Shown: positions 46,738-56,482 of the stretch, piece after piece | Numbering within the stretch: position 1 is the first letter of the stretch | How the letters are laid out: each line of letters opens with the position of its first letter | NCBI GenBank assembly: GCA_021851525.1 | Contig: JAJZDA010000001.1 | Span: forward strand, 3,493-67,492 | Direction: 5' to 3' | Origin: Actinomycetes bacterium | Lineage (GTDB): Bacteria > Actinomycetota > Thermoleophilia > Solirubrobacterales > Solirubrobacteraceae | Length of the DNA stretch: 64,000 nt | Notes under the pieces: generated by a model | Database searches by the model: none | Told to the model about the DNA's origin: nothing | What the model saw: only the letters and a program-made list of their open reading frames with translations | Made by a program: the position numbers and the translations under genes

Positions 46738-48276
46738 ATGGAGGAATCCGCCCGGTTCAAACCGTTCTCGTACCTGACGGCGCAGAACGCCGATCTGTAC
46801 CGCTGCGTGATGCTCGCGTTCGTCGGCGCCAAGCGCCGGTTCGTCGTGCACCTGCGCACCGAGGACATCGCCGAGGCGTTGCCCGGTGAGGATCTGCAGG
46901 CAATCGCTGACGCGATGAAGCAGCTGGTGCTCTGGGGCAACCTGCGCGCCGATCCCGATACCAGCCGGGTCACGAGCGTTGAGGACTTCCACCGCGCACG
47001 CTTCCTCTATCAGCTCACCCAAGCGGGTGAGGCGGCCGAGCGGTCGCTGGCGGTGTTTGACGAGCAGCTCGGTCGTCGCGGTGCGCTCCAAGCAGTTGCG
47101 CTCCGTGACATCGCCGACCGGCTCCGTACGTTGCAGGCGCTCGCGGGTGAGTCTGAACCCGATGTGGGCCGGACCGGGCTGGTTCTGCGCGACCTCGTCG
47201 GGCGCTGTGCGGATCTTGCTGAGAACGCCCAGGCGTTCATGGGGTCGCTGCAGCGCACGATCGAGCTCTATGAGCTCGAGGTCGAGGCGTTCCTCGCTTA
47301 CAAGGACCGGCTGATCGACTATCTGGAGCGGTTCATCAAGGACCTCACAGGAACCGGGGCCGAGATCGCGGAGCTGCTCGGTGGCATTGGCGAGGCGGAT
47401 ATCGAGCGGCTGCTCAGGCTGGTGGCCGAGCGAGATGCCGAGGATGTCGCTCCGGCTGCCGCCGCCTCACGGGAGGAGGGCGCCGCCGCCGAGCTGGACG
47501 GATGGCGCGAGCGGTGGCTCGGACTCCGGCAGTGGTTCATCTCCGCGCCGGGGCACCCCAGCCAGGCCAAGCTGCTGCGCGCAAGCGCGCTGAAGGCGAT
47601 CCCTGACCTGCTCGGCGTCGTCACGATGCTCAATCAGCGCCGCGCGGGCCGCTCCGACCGCAACGCCGACTTCCAGGAGCTGGCTGTGTGGTTCGCGCAG
47701 GCGCCCGACGAGCCGGCGATGCACAGCCTGTGGCAGGCCAGCTTCGGTCTGAACAGCGCGCGGCACCTGACGATCGACGCGGATACTGCGCAGGCGCGCG
47801 AGAGCAGTCCGGTCAAGCCTTCAACGCCGTGGCGTGAGGCGCCGAGACTGATGATCAGCCCGCGCTTGCGGAGGACCGGCAGCTACGAGCGGCGAGGCAA
47901 GCCGAGCCGCGTGATCGACCGCCGGCGCGAACGGCAGTTCCTCGCAGAGCGGGCCGCTGCAGAGGCTGAGCAGACTGCCGCCGCGCGCGCACGGCTCGTC
48001 ACCGAGCATCCCGTTCGGCTGAGCGAGCTCGGCGAGCTGGATGCGGATGCGTTTTCGCTCTTCCTGGCGCTGCTCGGGCATGCGCTCTCAGCGCGGCGGC
48101 CGGATGAGCCCCAGACCCGCACGGCCACGGGCGATGGGTCGCTGGAGATCCTCCTGACTCCGATCACCGGTGCCGGCTGGGTCGAGATTCGGACCGAGCA
48201 GGGCATCTTCCGCGGGCCCGATCATCTCCTGCACATAGTCGACCTCAACAGTTACACACAGAGGCTCGTCGCATGA
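46738..48276 (+). CDS. jetA: Wadjet JetA (TIGR02677/DUF2397 type)
   Basis: PFSYLTAQNADLYR, LVLWGNL, FLYQLT motifs; first of four coupled genes. Confidence 0.88.
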   Translation: MEESARFKPFSYLTAQNADLYRCVMLAFVGAKRRFVVHLRTEDIAEALPGEDLQAIADAMKQLVLWGNLRADPDTSRVTSVEDFHRARFLYQLTQAGEAAERSLAVFDEQLGRRGALQAVALRDIADRLRTLQALAGESEPDVGRTGLVLRDLVGRCADLAENAQAFMGSLQRTIELYELEVEAFLAYKDRLIDYLERFIKDLTGTGAEIAELLGGIGEADIERLLRLVAERDAEDVAPAAAASREEGAAAELDGWRERWLGLRQWFISAPGHPSQAKLLRASALKAIPDLLGVVTMLNQRRAGRSDRNADFQELAVWFAQAPDEPAMHSLWQASFGLNSARHLTIDADTAQARESSPVKPSTPWREAPRLMISPRLRRTGSYERRGKPSRVIDRRRERQFLAERAAAEAEQTAAARARLVTEHPVRLSELGELDADAFSLFLALLGHALSARRPDEPQTRTATGDGSLEILLTPITGAGWVEIRTEQGIFRGPDHLLHIVDLNSYTQRLVA

Positions 48277-49475
48277 GCGACCAGCTGACCACAGCGCTTC
48301 TAGAGGCCGATCAACGCGACCTTCGGCGTGCCGCACGGGCGCTCCTGCGGCGGCCTCTGCTTCTGGCTCGCGACGACCCCGAGACGTTTCGCGTCGTGCG
48401 CCAGCAGGCAACCCCGCTGCGCGACTGGTTTGAGCAGAACTCGGGCTGGCGTTTGCACATCGACGCTGAGGTGGCCCGTCTGTTCAAGCGCGTCGGGATG
48501 GCGCCTGACGGGACGCATCCTGCGCGCGAGCCACGCTCCGAGCTGCCGTTCGGCAGGCGACGGTATGTGCTGATATGTCTGGCGCTCTCCGTGCTCGAGC
48601 GGGCCGATCAGCAGATCACTTTGGGCCGCCTCGCGGAGGGCATCATCGTCGCGGCATCTGACCAGCGGCTGGCTGCTGCCGGGGTCACGTTCGAGCTGAG
48701 CGGACGGGGGGAGAGGGCCGACCTCGTGGCCGTGGTGCGGTTCCTGCTCGAGCTTGGCGTGCTCGCGCGCGTCGCCGGTGATGAGGACGCGTTCATGCGT
48801 GAAACAGGTGATGTCCTCTATGACATCGAGCGGCGCGTGATGGCGGTCCTGATCAGCGCCGCGCGAGGCCCCTCAACGATCACCGCGGAGAGCTTCGCCG
48901 AGCGCCTGGACGCGCTCGTCGCCGAGACCGAGCCCGCCTCGGCCGAGCTGCGCAACCGGGCGACACGTCATCGTCTGATGCGGTCGCTGCTCGACGAGCC
49001 CGTCATCTATTACGACGAGCTTTCCGATGCGGAGCGCGCGTATCTGACCGCCCAGCGCGCGTTGCTCACGGCTCGAGCCGGTGAGCTCACCGGCCTGTTG
49101 CCAGAGATCCGCGCCGAGGGGATCGCGATGGTCGACCGCCGTGATGAGCTCACCGATGTGCGGATGCCGGAGATCGGCACCGACGGGCATGTCGCGCTGC
49201 TGATCGGCGAGGAGCTGGCCGCGCATGATCGTGATGTCGGCGTCGAGGAGCTCCGCGCGCTCGTGCGGCGCCTGGCGCAGGAGCACCGCTCGTACTGGCG
49301 GCGCAGCACGCGTGAACCGGGTGCCGAGATCGCCCTGGTCGAGCACGCCCTCGAGCGTCTGGGCGCGCTGCGGCTGGTGCGCCGTGACGGTGATCGCGTG
49401 CACCCGCTTCCGGCGCTCGGCCGCTTTGGCCTGGACACTCCGACGATCGCGCAGTTCGCGGAGACGTTGGCATGA
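48273..49475 (+). CDS. jetB: Wadjet JetB (TIGR02678/DUF2398 type)
   Basis: ALLRRPLL, PFGRRRYVLICLAL, RSLLDEPVIYY; ATGA overlaps on both sides. Confidence 0.88.
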   Translation: MSDQLTTALLEADQRDLRRAARALLRRPLLLARDDPETFRVVRQQATPLRDWFEQNSGWRLHIDAEVARLFKRVGMAPDGTHPAREPRSELPFGRRRYVLICLALSVLERADQQITLGRLAEGIIVAASDQRLAAAGVTFELSGRGERADLVAVVRFLLELGVLARVAGDEDAFMRETGDVLYDIERRVMAVLISAARGPSTITAESFAERLDALVAETEPASAELRNRATRHRLMRSLLDEPVIYYDELSDAERAYLTAQRALLTARAGELTGLLPEIRAEGIAMVDRRDELTDVRMPEIGTDGHVALLIGEELAAHDRDVGVEELRALVRRLAQEHRSYWRRSTREPGAEIALVEHALERLGALRLVRRDGDRVHPLPALGRFGLDTPTIAQFAETLA

Positions 49476-52400
49476 GCCTGCCGGAGCCAACTCGGGAGCG
49501 GTGGCAGCCGCTGCGCGTCGGCCTCGACGACATCTTCTACTACGACCACCAGGAGTTCGCCTTCCGTGATGGCCGGCTGCTGCTGCGAGGCAACAACGGG
49601 ACCGGGAAGTCGAAGGTGCTGGCACTCACGCTTCCGTTCCTGCTCGACGGCGAGCTCTCGCCTCACCGCGTCGAGCCCGACGCCGACCCGAACAAGAGGA
49701 TGGAGTGGAACCTGCTGCTCGGTGGAGAGCACCCCAACCCGGACCGGCTCGGCTACACCTGGATGGAGTTCGGCCGCCGCGACGACCAGGGGGCCGAGTT
49801 CTGCACCATCGGCTGCGGGATGAAGGCCTCATCCGGACGCGGAATCACGGGACACTGGTTTTTCATCACCGACCTTCGCGTCGGCCAGCAGCTGTCGCTG
49901 GTGGACCACACCGGCGTTGCGCTCGGCGCCGACCGACTGGGCGAGGCACTCGGAGCCCGGGGCACCGTCCACCGCCGCAAACGTGACTATCGCCGCGCCA
50001 TCGACGAGCGGCTGTTCGGGCTCGGCGAGCAGCGCTACGGCGCGCTCGTCGACCTGCTGGTCAAGGTCCGCCAGCCGCAGCTCTCCAAGCGGCCCGACGA
50101 GCGCAGCCTCTCAAACGCGCTGACCGATGCGCTGCCGCCGCTTGACCAGGCGCTTCTGCACAACGTTGCTGAGGCATTCCGCGCACTCGAGGATGACGCC
50201 GCCGAGCTGCAGGCGATGATCGAGACCCGCGAGGCCTCCGAGCGCTACCTCACGACCTACCGTGCGTACGCGCGGATGGCGACGCGCCGCGGGGCCGCGC
50301 CGCTGCGCCGGACGCAGTCGGTTGTCGACCGCCTCAGCCGCGAGCTGTCCGACGCTGAGCAGTTACATCGTGACGCCGTCAACGAACTGACCGCCGCGCG
50401 CGATCAGCTCGCCACGCTGCGGACCGACCAGGCCAGGCTGAACGGACGCCAGGAAGCTCTGCGCGCAGATCCGCTGACCCGCAGCGCGCACGAGCTGCGC
50501 CGAGCCGGCGAGGGCGCCCACGCGGCCGAGCGCCAGCTGCAAGAGGTGCGATCCGCAATTCAGCGCCTCACCGACCGGATCGCCGCGAAGCAGGACCGGG
50601 TCACGGAGGCCAGCGCTGAGCTCTCGGAGGCCACCGCCGCGCGCGAGGCGATTAGCCAACGGGCGGCCGCGCACGCCAACGACGCCGCGATCGGCGGCGA
50701 ATTCGCTGAAGCGGTCAATAGCCGCGAGGTAGACGAGCTTCCCAAGGTCGTATCCGAGCTCACCGAACGCCAACACATCGGCATCCGCCGCGTCGAGACT
50801 TTGGTGCGCCGCTGCGAGGAGGCCCAGCGGACGCTTGTCTTCGCACGCCAGGGCACTGAGGAGCGAGCGGGTGAGTTCGCCGTCGCGACCGAGCGCCGCG
50901 ACGAAGCTCAGCTTCGCCTGCGCGGACTCAGTGACGCCTATGCCGGCGCCGTTCGTGCGCACCTGCGGGACGCCACCGAACTCGAGCTCGCTGATCCGGG
51001 TGCCACCTTCGCGGCACTGGAGGAGTGGCTCGAGACGCTCGGCGGCGCCAATCCGATGGACCAGGCAATCCTCGATGCAGGTCATGCGGCCGTACGCCGA
51101 CTCGAGCGAGCACACGCTGAACTTGATAGGCAGGCCGCGAAGACAAGGGCGGAGATCTCGGAGCTGGAGCGCGAACGCGTCGAGCTGGAGTCAGGTGTCC
51201 ATCCCGTTCCGCCGGCTCCGCCGACCCGTGCGGCCGACGCACGCGCAGGCAGGACCGGGGCGCCACTGTGGCAGCTTGTCGACTTCCGCGAAGGTCTCGA
51301 TGCCGGCCAGCGGGCCGGCATCGAAGCGGCCCTCGAGGCAAGCGGCATCCTCGATGGTTGGGTGACCCCAGACGGGGAGCTGGTCGACCCGCACACCGAG
51401 GACACGCTGCTTTCCGCAGCGGACCTCAGACGCGACGGCCCCCGCCTGCGCGATGTGCTCAGCTGCACGATCGACGGGAGCGCCTCGGTGGGCGCTCGCG
51501 AGGTCGAGCGGCTGCTCGAGGCGATCGGCCTGGGCGAGAGCGACGCCACGGTGTGGGTGGCCGACGATGGCCGCTACCGCAACGGTGCACTGCGCGGAGC
51601 CTGGCACAAGTCGGCGGCGCGGTTCGTCGGGCATGGTGCGCGAGAGGCTGCCCGCCGCGCAAGGATCGATGAGCTGCAGGAGGCCCTCACTGAAGCAGGA
51701 GCACGCCTGGCGGAGCTCGAGCGCGAGCTGACGGTCCTGGCGGGCCGCCGCGAGCGCCTCGGCAGCGAAATATCTGCGCGGCCCGCAGATACCGAAGTGC
51801 GGGATGCACACGCGAGGCTCGCTGCCGCGGGAGCTGCGGTGACGGACGGGGAGCGGGCGCTGGAATCGGCACGCGCAGCTGAGGCGAGCGCATTGGCCGC
51901 GGCTGAAGAGATGCAGACAACGCTCGTGGCCGACGCTGCTGACCTTGGGCTGCCTGCCGGCGGGGAAGCGCTGGACGCGGTCTCGGCTGCGCTCAGCCAA
52001 TTTGAGCTCGCTGCCGCGACCCTTTGGCCGGCCTACACGCGCGCCGGCAGAGCTGAGCGCGCGCTCGCTCAGGCACAAGATGACTTGCGCGACTCTGAGC
52101 AGGAGCGGGCCGGCGCGGAGAGCAGGCTGACCGACATCGAGCGACAGCTCGCCGCGGCGGTCGAGCGGCGTGACACCCTGCAGGCCACAGCCGGCGCGGC
52201 AATCGCGGAGCTTGAGCGGCAGATGCGCGAGGTGAACGATGCGCTGCGCGAAAACGAGGAGGCGCAGGGCGCGGCCGAGACCTGCCTCGGTGACGCCCAG
52301 CGCGCAGAAGGCGCAGCGGATGCGCGGCAGAGCGAGTTGCGCGAGCAGCTCACCCATGCCACACAGGAACGGCTCGACGCGGTCGACAGACTGCGCCACT

Positions 52401-53557
52401 TCACCGAGACTGGCCTGATCGATGTTGCCCTCGGGGCTGTCGAGTCACCGGATGAGTGGAACGTCACGCAGGCACTGCGACTGGCCCGGGAGATCGAGCA
52501 GGCGCTTGCCGATGAGCCCGACGAGGAGGGGCGCTGGGCGCGGCTCCAGCGACAGGTGAGTGACGAACTCGGTCACCTGTCTGACGCGTTGCGTCGCCAC
52601 GGCAACGACGCTGCGATGTTCCCGCGCGAAGAAGGGATCGTGATCGAGGTGAGCTTCCAAGGCCAGACGAAGTCACTACCGGGGCTTGTGAGCGGGCTGG
52701 CCGCGGAGGTGGAGGAGCGTCGCCGGCTGCTCGACTCGCGCGAGCGCGAGATCCTGGAGAACCACCTCGTCGGCGAGGTGGCAAGCGCGCTGCAGGAGCT
52801 GATCGTCGCGGCCGAGCAGCGGGTGCGCGATACCAATGCCGAGTTGGCCGCGCGGCCGACGAGCACCGGCATGCAGCTGCGCTTGCGCTGGGTCACCGAC
52901 CCTGACGCCCCGGACGGGCTCAGCGACGCGCGCACACGGCTCCTGCGCCAGAGCACCGACGCGTGGTCCGAGGATGATCGAGCAGCCGTCGGCGGCTTTC
53001 TCCAGCATCAGATCCGCGCGGCCCGTGCCGGAGACGAGGCAGGCACCTGGATCGAGCTGCTCACGCGCGCGTTCGACTACCGCCACTGGCATCGCTTCAG
53101 CGTCGAACGGCGACAGGCCGGTGGCTGGCAGCCCGCAAGCGGCCCGTCCTCGGGCGGGGAGCGCGTGCTTGCCGCAAGCGTGCCGCTGTTCGCCGCCGCC
53201 TCTTCCTACTACAGCTCGGCCGGGAACCCGCACGCGCCACGGCTCGTGATGCTCGACGAGGCGTTCGCAGGCGTCGATGACCGAGCGCGCGCCAAGTGTC
53301 TCGGATTGCTTGCCGCCTTCGACCTCGACGTGGTGATGACGAGCGAGCGCGAATGGGGCTGCTACGCGGAGGTACCGGGACTGGCGATCGCGCAGCTGTC
53401 TCGCCTCGACGGGGTCGCGGCAGTGCTCGTGAGCGCATGGGAGTGGGACGGGTTCGAACGCACACCGGTGCCAGATGTGCCCGAGCGCCAGGCGGTGGCG
53501 GCGATCGCCTCGGCAGAAGGGGCGCAACTGTGGAACACGTCGACCACGAGCGACTGA
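49472..53557 (+). CDS. jetC: Wadjet JetC SMC-like ATPase (TIGR02680 type)
   Basis: LRGNNGTGKS Walker A, long coiled coil with hinge, SSGGE signature, MLDEAFAGVD Walker B/D-loop. Confidence 0.93.
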   Translation: MSLPEPTRERWQPLRVGLDDIFYYDHQEFAFRDGRLLLRGNNGTGKSKVLALTLPFLLDGELSPHRVEPDADPNKRMEWNLLLGGEHPNPDRLGYTWMEFGRRDDQGAEFCTIGCGMKASSGRGITGHWFFITDLRVGQQLSLVDHTGVALGADRLGEALGARGTVHRRKRDYRRAIDERLFGLGEQRYGALVDLLVKVRQPQLSKRPDERSLSNALTDALPPLDQALLHNVAEAFRALEDDAAELQAMIETREASERYLTTYRAYARMATRRGAAPLRRTQSVVDRLSRELSDAEQLHRDAVNELTAARDQLATLRTDQARLNGRQEALRADPLTRSAHELRRAGEGAHAAERQLQEVRSAIQRLTDRIAAKQDRVTEASAELSEATAAREAISQRAAAHANDAAIGGEFAEAVNSREVDELPKVVSELTERQHIGIRRVETLVRRCEEAQRTLVFARQGTEERAGEFAVATERRDEAQLRLRGLSDAYAGAVRAHLRDATELELADPGATFAALEEWLETLGGANPMDQAILDAGHAAVRRLERAHAELDRQAAKTRAEISELERERVELESGVHPVPPAPPTRAADARAGRTGAPLWQLVDFREGLDAGQRAGIEAALEASGILDGWVTPDGELVDPHTEDTLLSAADLRRDGPRLRDVLSCTIDGSASVGAREVERLLEAIGLGESDATVWVADDGRYRNGALRGAWHKSAARFVGHGAREAARRARIDELQEALTEAGARLAELERELTVLAGRRERLGSEISARPADTEVRDAHARLAAAGAAVTDGERALESARAAEASALAAAEEMQTTLVADAADLGLPAGGEALDAVSAALSQFELAAATLWPAYTRAGRAERALAQAQDDLRDSEQERAGAESRLTDIERQLAAAVERRDTLQATAGAAIAELERQMREVNDALRENEEAQGAAETCLGDAQRAEGAADARQSELREQLTHATQERLDAVDRLRHFTETGLIDVALGAVESPDEWNVTQALRLAREIEQALADEPDEEGRWARLQRQVSDELGHLSDALRRHGNDAAMFPREEGIVIEVSFQGQTKSLPGLVSGLAAEVEERRRLLDSREREILENHLVGEVASALQELIVAAEQRVRDTNAELAARPTSTGMQLRLRWVTDPDAPDGLSDARTRLLRQSTDAWSEDDRAAVGGFLQHQIRAARAGDEAGTWIELLTRAFDYRHWHRFSVERRQAGGWQPASGPSSGGERVLAASVPLFAAASSYYSSAGNPHAPRLVMLDEAFAGVDDRARAKCLGLLAAFDLDVVMTSEREWGCYAEVPGLAIAQLSRLDGVAAVLVSAWEWDGFERTPVPDVPERQAVAAIASAEGAQLWNTSTTSD

Positions 53558-54816
53558 ACCGCCTGCTCGGCGCCCCCGAGCTTGAGTGGATACTGAACCG
53601 CGCCCGTCGACGCATGGAGCGCGGGGAGTCGCTTGATGCGACGGTCACGCTATCGCGCGCCACCGCCGGTGAGCGCGACGCAATTGCGCGGCTGCTCGGC
53701 CGCCAGCCGCGTCACGCCCGCGGACTCTCGGTGCCGCTCGTCGAGATCGACGCGCTCCTGTGTCGCGCCGGCGTTCACGACGGTGGGCTCGCCGGGGCGG
53801 TGATCACGCTCACCGGTCCGGTCACGGTCCGGGCCGACGCGGTGTCCGCGGAGGCTCAGGCGTGGGCGCGGGCATTCGCGCCGCTCGAGCAGGTCATCGC
53901 GAGAAGGGCCGCGGGCGCCCGCCGGGCGGAGATGGAAAGCTGGGTCCGGCGCATGCGGTCGAGCGGAGTCGTGAAGCGCCTCGCCGGGGGATCCCCGACC
54001 ACGGGCGCCGAGCTGCTCGCGGGAGTGTCGCTGGTGTTGAGCGTCCTACCGTGTGAGCCGCCTGAATCGCTGGCCGCATTCGCCGCGCGCGTTCTCGGGC
54101 GCGCGCACGCACTCGATGACGGGGCACCGCTAAGCACACTGGCACTCGGTGCCGCCCGTGCGCTGGCGGGTATCGCGCCACCAGAGCCCGGAGAGTCACT
54201 CTCCGAGGCACGGCGCGAGGCCTGGGCCGCTGTCGGGGTGCTGTGCGATGAGCTCTCGAGCGCCGTGCTCACGCTCGGGCTCCCGAGTGATGGGACAGCG
54301 AGCGATGGGACAGTGAGCGCCGGCATGCTGTCCGCCGCGCGCAGCCCGGGTGAGCCGATCTGGCTGACCCTGCGCCAGCTCGTGCGCACACCGCCCGCGT
54401 GGCAGGACGTCGAGCGCGTGCTGGTCGTCGAGAACCCCTCGGTGGTGGCAATCGCCGCCGATCGGCTCGGCCCTGGAGCTCCTCCGCTCGTATGCACCAA
54501 CGGGCAGCCACGCGCCGCCACGATGGTCCTGCTTCGCTCACTGTCAGCCGCAGGAGCGCGACTGCAACACCACGGGGACTTTGACTGGCCGGGTATCACG
54601 ATCGGAAACCTTCTACATCGACGACTGGTGGTGGAGCCTTGGCGATTCGGGGCCGAGGCCTACCGGCAAGCGACAGCGGCCCACAGGCACACGGCGAACC
54701 TGGTCGGAGCGCCGGTCGTGGCGAGCTGGGACCACGGTTTGACCGAGACGATGGCTGCCATTGGGCGCCAGGTCGAAGAGGAGCTCGTGGCGGAGGATCT
54801 GGTCGACGGCCTGTAG
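53530..54816 (+). CDS. jetD: Wadjet JetD Toprim nuclease (TIGR02679/DUF2399 type)
   Basis: VVENPSV, CTNGQP, HHGDFDWPG Toprim motifs; start GTG 53530. Confidence 0.9.
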   Translation: MEHVDHERLNRLLGAPELEWILNRARRRMERGESLDATVTLSRATAGERDAIARLLGRQPRHARGLSVPLVEIDALLCRAGVHDGGLAGAVITLTGPVTVRADAVSAEAQAWARAFAPLEQVIARRAAGARRAEMESWVRRMRSSGVVKRLAGGSPTTGAELLAGVSLVLSVLPCEPPESLAAFAARVLGRAHALDDGAPLSTLALGAARALAGIAPPEPGESLSEARREAWAAVGVLCDELSSAVLTLGLPSDGTASDGTVSAGMLSAARSPGEPIWLTLRQLVRTPPAWQDVERVLVVENPSVVAIAADRLGPGAPPLVCTNGQPRAATMVLLRSLSAAGARLQHHGDFDWPGITIGNLLHRRLVVEPWRFGAEAYRQATAAHRHTANLVGAPVVASWDHGLTETMAAIGRQVEEELVAEDLVDGL

Positions 54817-54976
54817 GTCACGGCCGCTCGGCTCCTATACGGCGAGCGTCGGAGGTAATGTTCGGATCGTGCAGCTGTGGCGCATCGTCAGGGGGTCGTT
54901 CGGGCGCTCCGGGCTACCAAAGCCCTAGCCCGCGCCGATCGTGGCGTGGGCGGGGCCGAGTCAAGGAGCCCGAGCC

Positions 54977-55207
54977 ATGCGCACCCGCGCGTATCGTCGT
55001 CATCAACGCGCCCGCATCCGCGCGCGCCACCTGCGCGACTTCGCGCTGTACACGTCGTCGGCGTCGCCGCGCGGAGATATCGCGATCAGGCATCCGTTGG
55101 ACTGCGGCCGTCGCTGCCTGCTGTGCCACTGGAGCAAGTTCCTTGAACCGCGCCGTGCGCGCGAGCGGCGCGAGTGGCTGAAGGATCACGTGCGCGGCGA
55201 TAGCTGA
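54977..55207 (+). CDS. Small Arg-rich protein with CxxxCxxCH cluster
   Basis: SD aaggag 8 nt before ATG; MRTRAYRRHQRARIRARH...DCGRRCLLCHW. Confidence 0.6.
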   Translation: MRTRAYRRHQRARIRARHLRDFALYTSSASPRGDIAIRHPLDCGRRCLLCHWSKFLEPRRARERREWLKDHVRGDS

Positions 55208-55339
55208 TAGGTCGTCGTCAGGCGTCGCGTTCACGCCGCGGGCGAGAGCTCCGGCGATCCCACCGTTCACGTCCGCTACAGCGTCTCAGTCGTATGTCGT
55301 GTTGTCGGTGCGGGTGCAGCACCGAGCCCGGATCGGTCG

Positions 55340-55615
55340 TCAGGGGGCGACGAGCGCGGAGCGTGTTGCGTCCTCGACGTCGAGCTGGTGGGGGAGGGTG
55401 ATCGGCAGATGGCCCTCTTGCTCGATCCAGTGCCGTGGGCTGACCAGCGTGATGCCCACGAGTTCGCCCTCGGCATTGAAGCGCAGCGCGTGTCCCTCGC
55501 GCGTCGAGTCGAAGTCGACAGCGGTGCTCGGCTCGCCCTTGTGGAGGTAGAGCACGTCGCGATCCGCGTCATAGCGGACGCGGTCGAAGGTGTGGTTGTC
55601 GATCGTCACGCTCAT
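55340..55615 (-). CDS. DUF2283 family protein (antitoxin-like)
   Basis: VRYDADRDVLYL...GELVGITL motif. Confidence 0.8.
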   Translation of the reverse strand: MSVTIDNHTFDRVRYDADRDVLYLHKGEPSTAVDFDSTREGHALRFNAEGELVGITLVSPRHWIEQEGHLPITLPHQLDVEDATRSALVAP

Positions 55616-55756
55616 CGGTTCGATCCTGGAGGGTGCTTTGCGCTCCGGAAACGCCGTCACGACTTCGGCCGGCTATTCACAGAAGCCTACGACCACCCGC
55701 AACGAGCGCGACGGCTCTAGATCCCGTAGCCAGTACTGCTCAGTCGGGGTGGCGGG
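55616..55756 (-). pseudogene. Remnant of a RelE/DUF4258-like toxin C-terminus
   Basis: Translates EQYWLRDLEPSRSLRVVVGFCE*PAEVVTAFPERK with an internal TAG at 55673-55675 and no start codon; lies directly upstream of DUF2283. Confidence 0.45.
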
Positions 55757-56143
55757 CTAGTGACGCAGGTCCTCGATAGTGCAGGGAGGATCCGGAAGCT
55801 CGATGAGTTCAGGATCGCCCGTGAGCAGGATGACGTCGTGCGCCGCGGCCGTCACGGCAGCGAAGCAATCTGCGAGTGCGATCGGTGCGCGCGCTTTCAG
55901 TCGCGCGGCCTCGATCATGCGGGCGGTGCCCGGGAGGTCAGGAGAGAGCGTGCGCCTGAGCGCCGCAAGTGTTTCGTCCGCCGCGGCGCGGCCGTGGTCA
56001 CGCTCGACCCGGTAGTACACCTCGACGAGGTTGATCCAGCTAACTACCGGACGGGTCTCGATTAGCTCGTCGATACGCTGGAGCGCGGGCTGCTCGCCAT
56101 CAAGCCACGCGAGGATAGCCCAGGAGTCCAGGCAGACGCTCAC
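55757..56143 (-). CDS. vapC: VapC PIN-domain toxin
   Basis: VCLDSWAILAW, NLVEVYY, ALADCFA, LLTGDPE acidic tetrad. Confidence 0.9.
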   Translation of the reverse strand: MSVCLDSWAILAWLDGEQPALQRIDELIETRPVVSWINLVEVYYRVERDHGRAAADETLAALRRTLSPDLPGTARMIEAARLKARAPIALADCFAAVTAAAHDVILLTGDPELIELPDPPCTIEDLRH

Positions 56144-56355
56144 CGCGGCTCGCCGGCGCGATCCTCGAGCAACCGAGCTGCCATGCCACTGCGCGCAAAC
56201 TTGCCGCCGAGCCGTTGGCCGACGCGGTTGGCAGTAATGATGATGTGGTTGTCCTGTACCGCGACCTCGACCTCATCGCCAGGATGTAGTTGCACGCGAT
56301 CACGGATCGCTTTCGGGATCACGACCTGGCCTTTCTGGCCGATCTTGCTGGTCAT
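56140..56355 (-). CDS. vapB: AbrB/MazE/SpoVT-type VapB antitoxin
   Basis: SKIGQKGQVVIPKAIRDRVQLHPGDEVEV; TATACT 8 nt upstream suggests a leaderless start at ATG 56355. Confidence 0.9.
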   Translation of the reverse strand: MTSKIGQKGQVVIPKAIRDRVQLHPGDEVEVAVQDNHIIITANRVGQRLGGKFARSGMAARLLEDRAGEPR

Positions 56356-56482
56356 ACCTGGCAAGTATAACTAGAGCCTCCGGCGCCTGGCACGATCCCC
56401 ATTCGCATCTCCAAGTCGACGGGAGGGGATCGGTTCGGCAACGATCACCAGTTCCTGGCCGAGCCACGGGGCGCCCCCAAGA

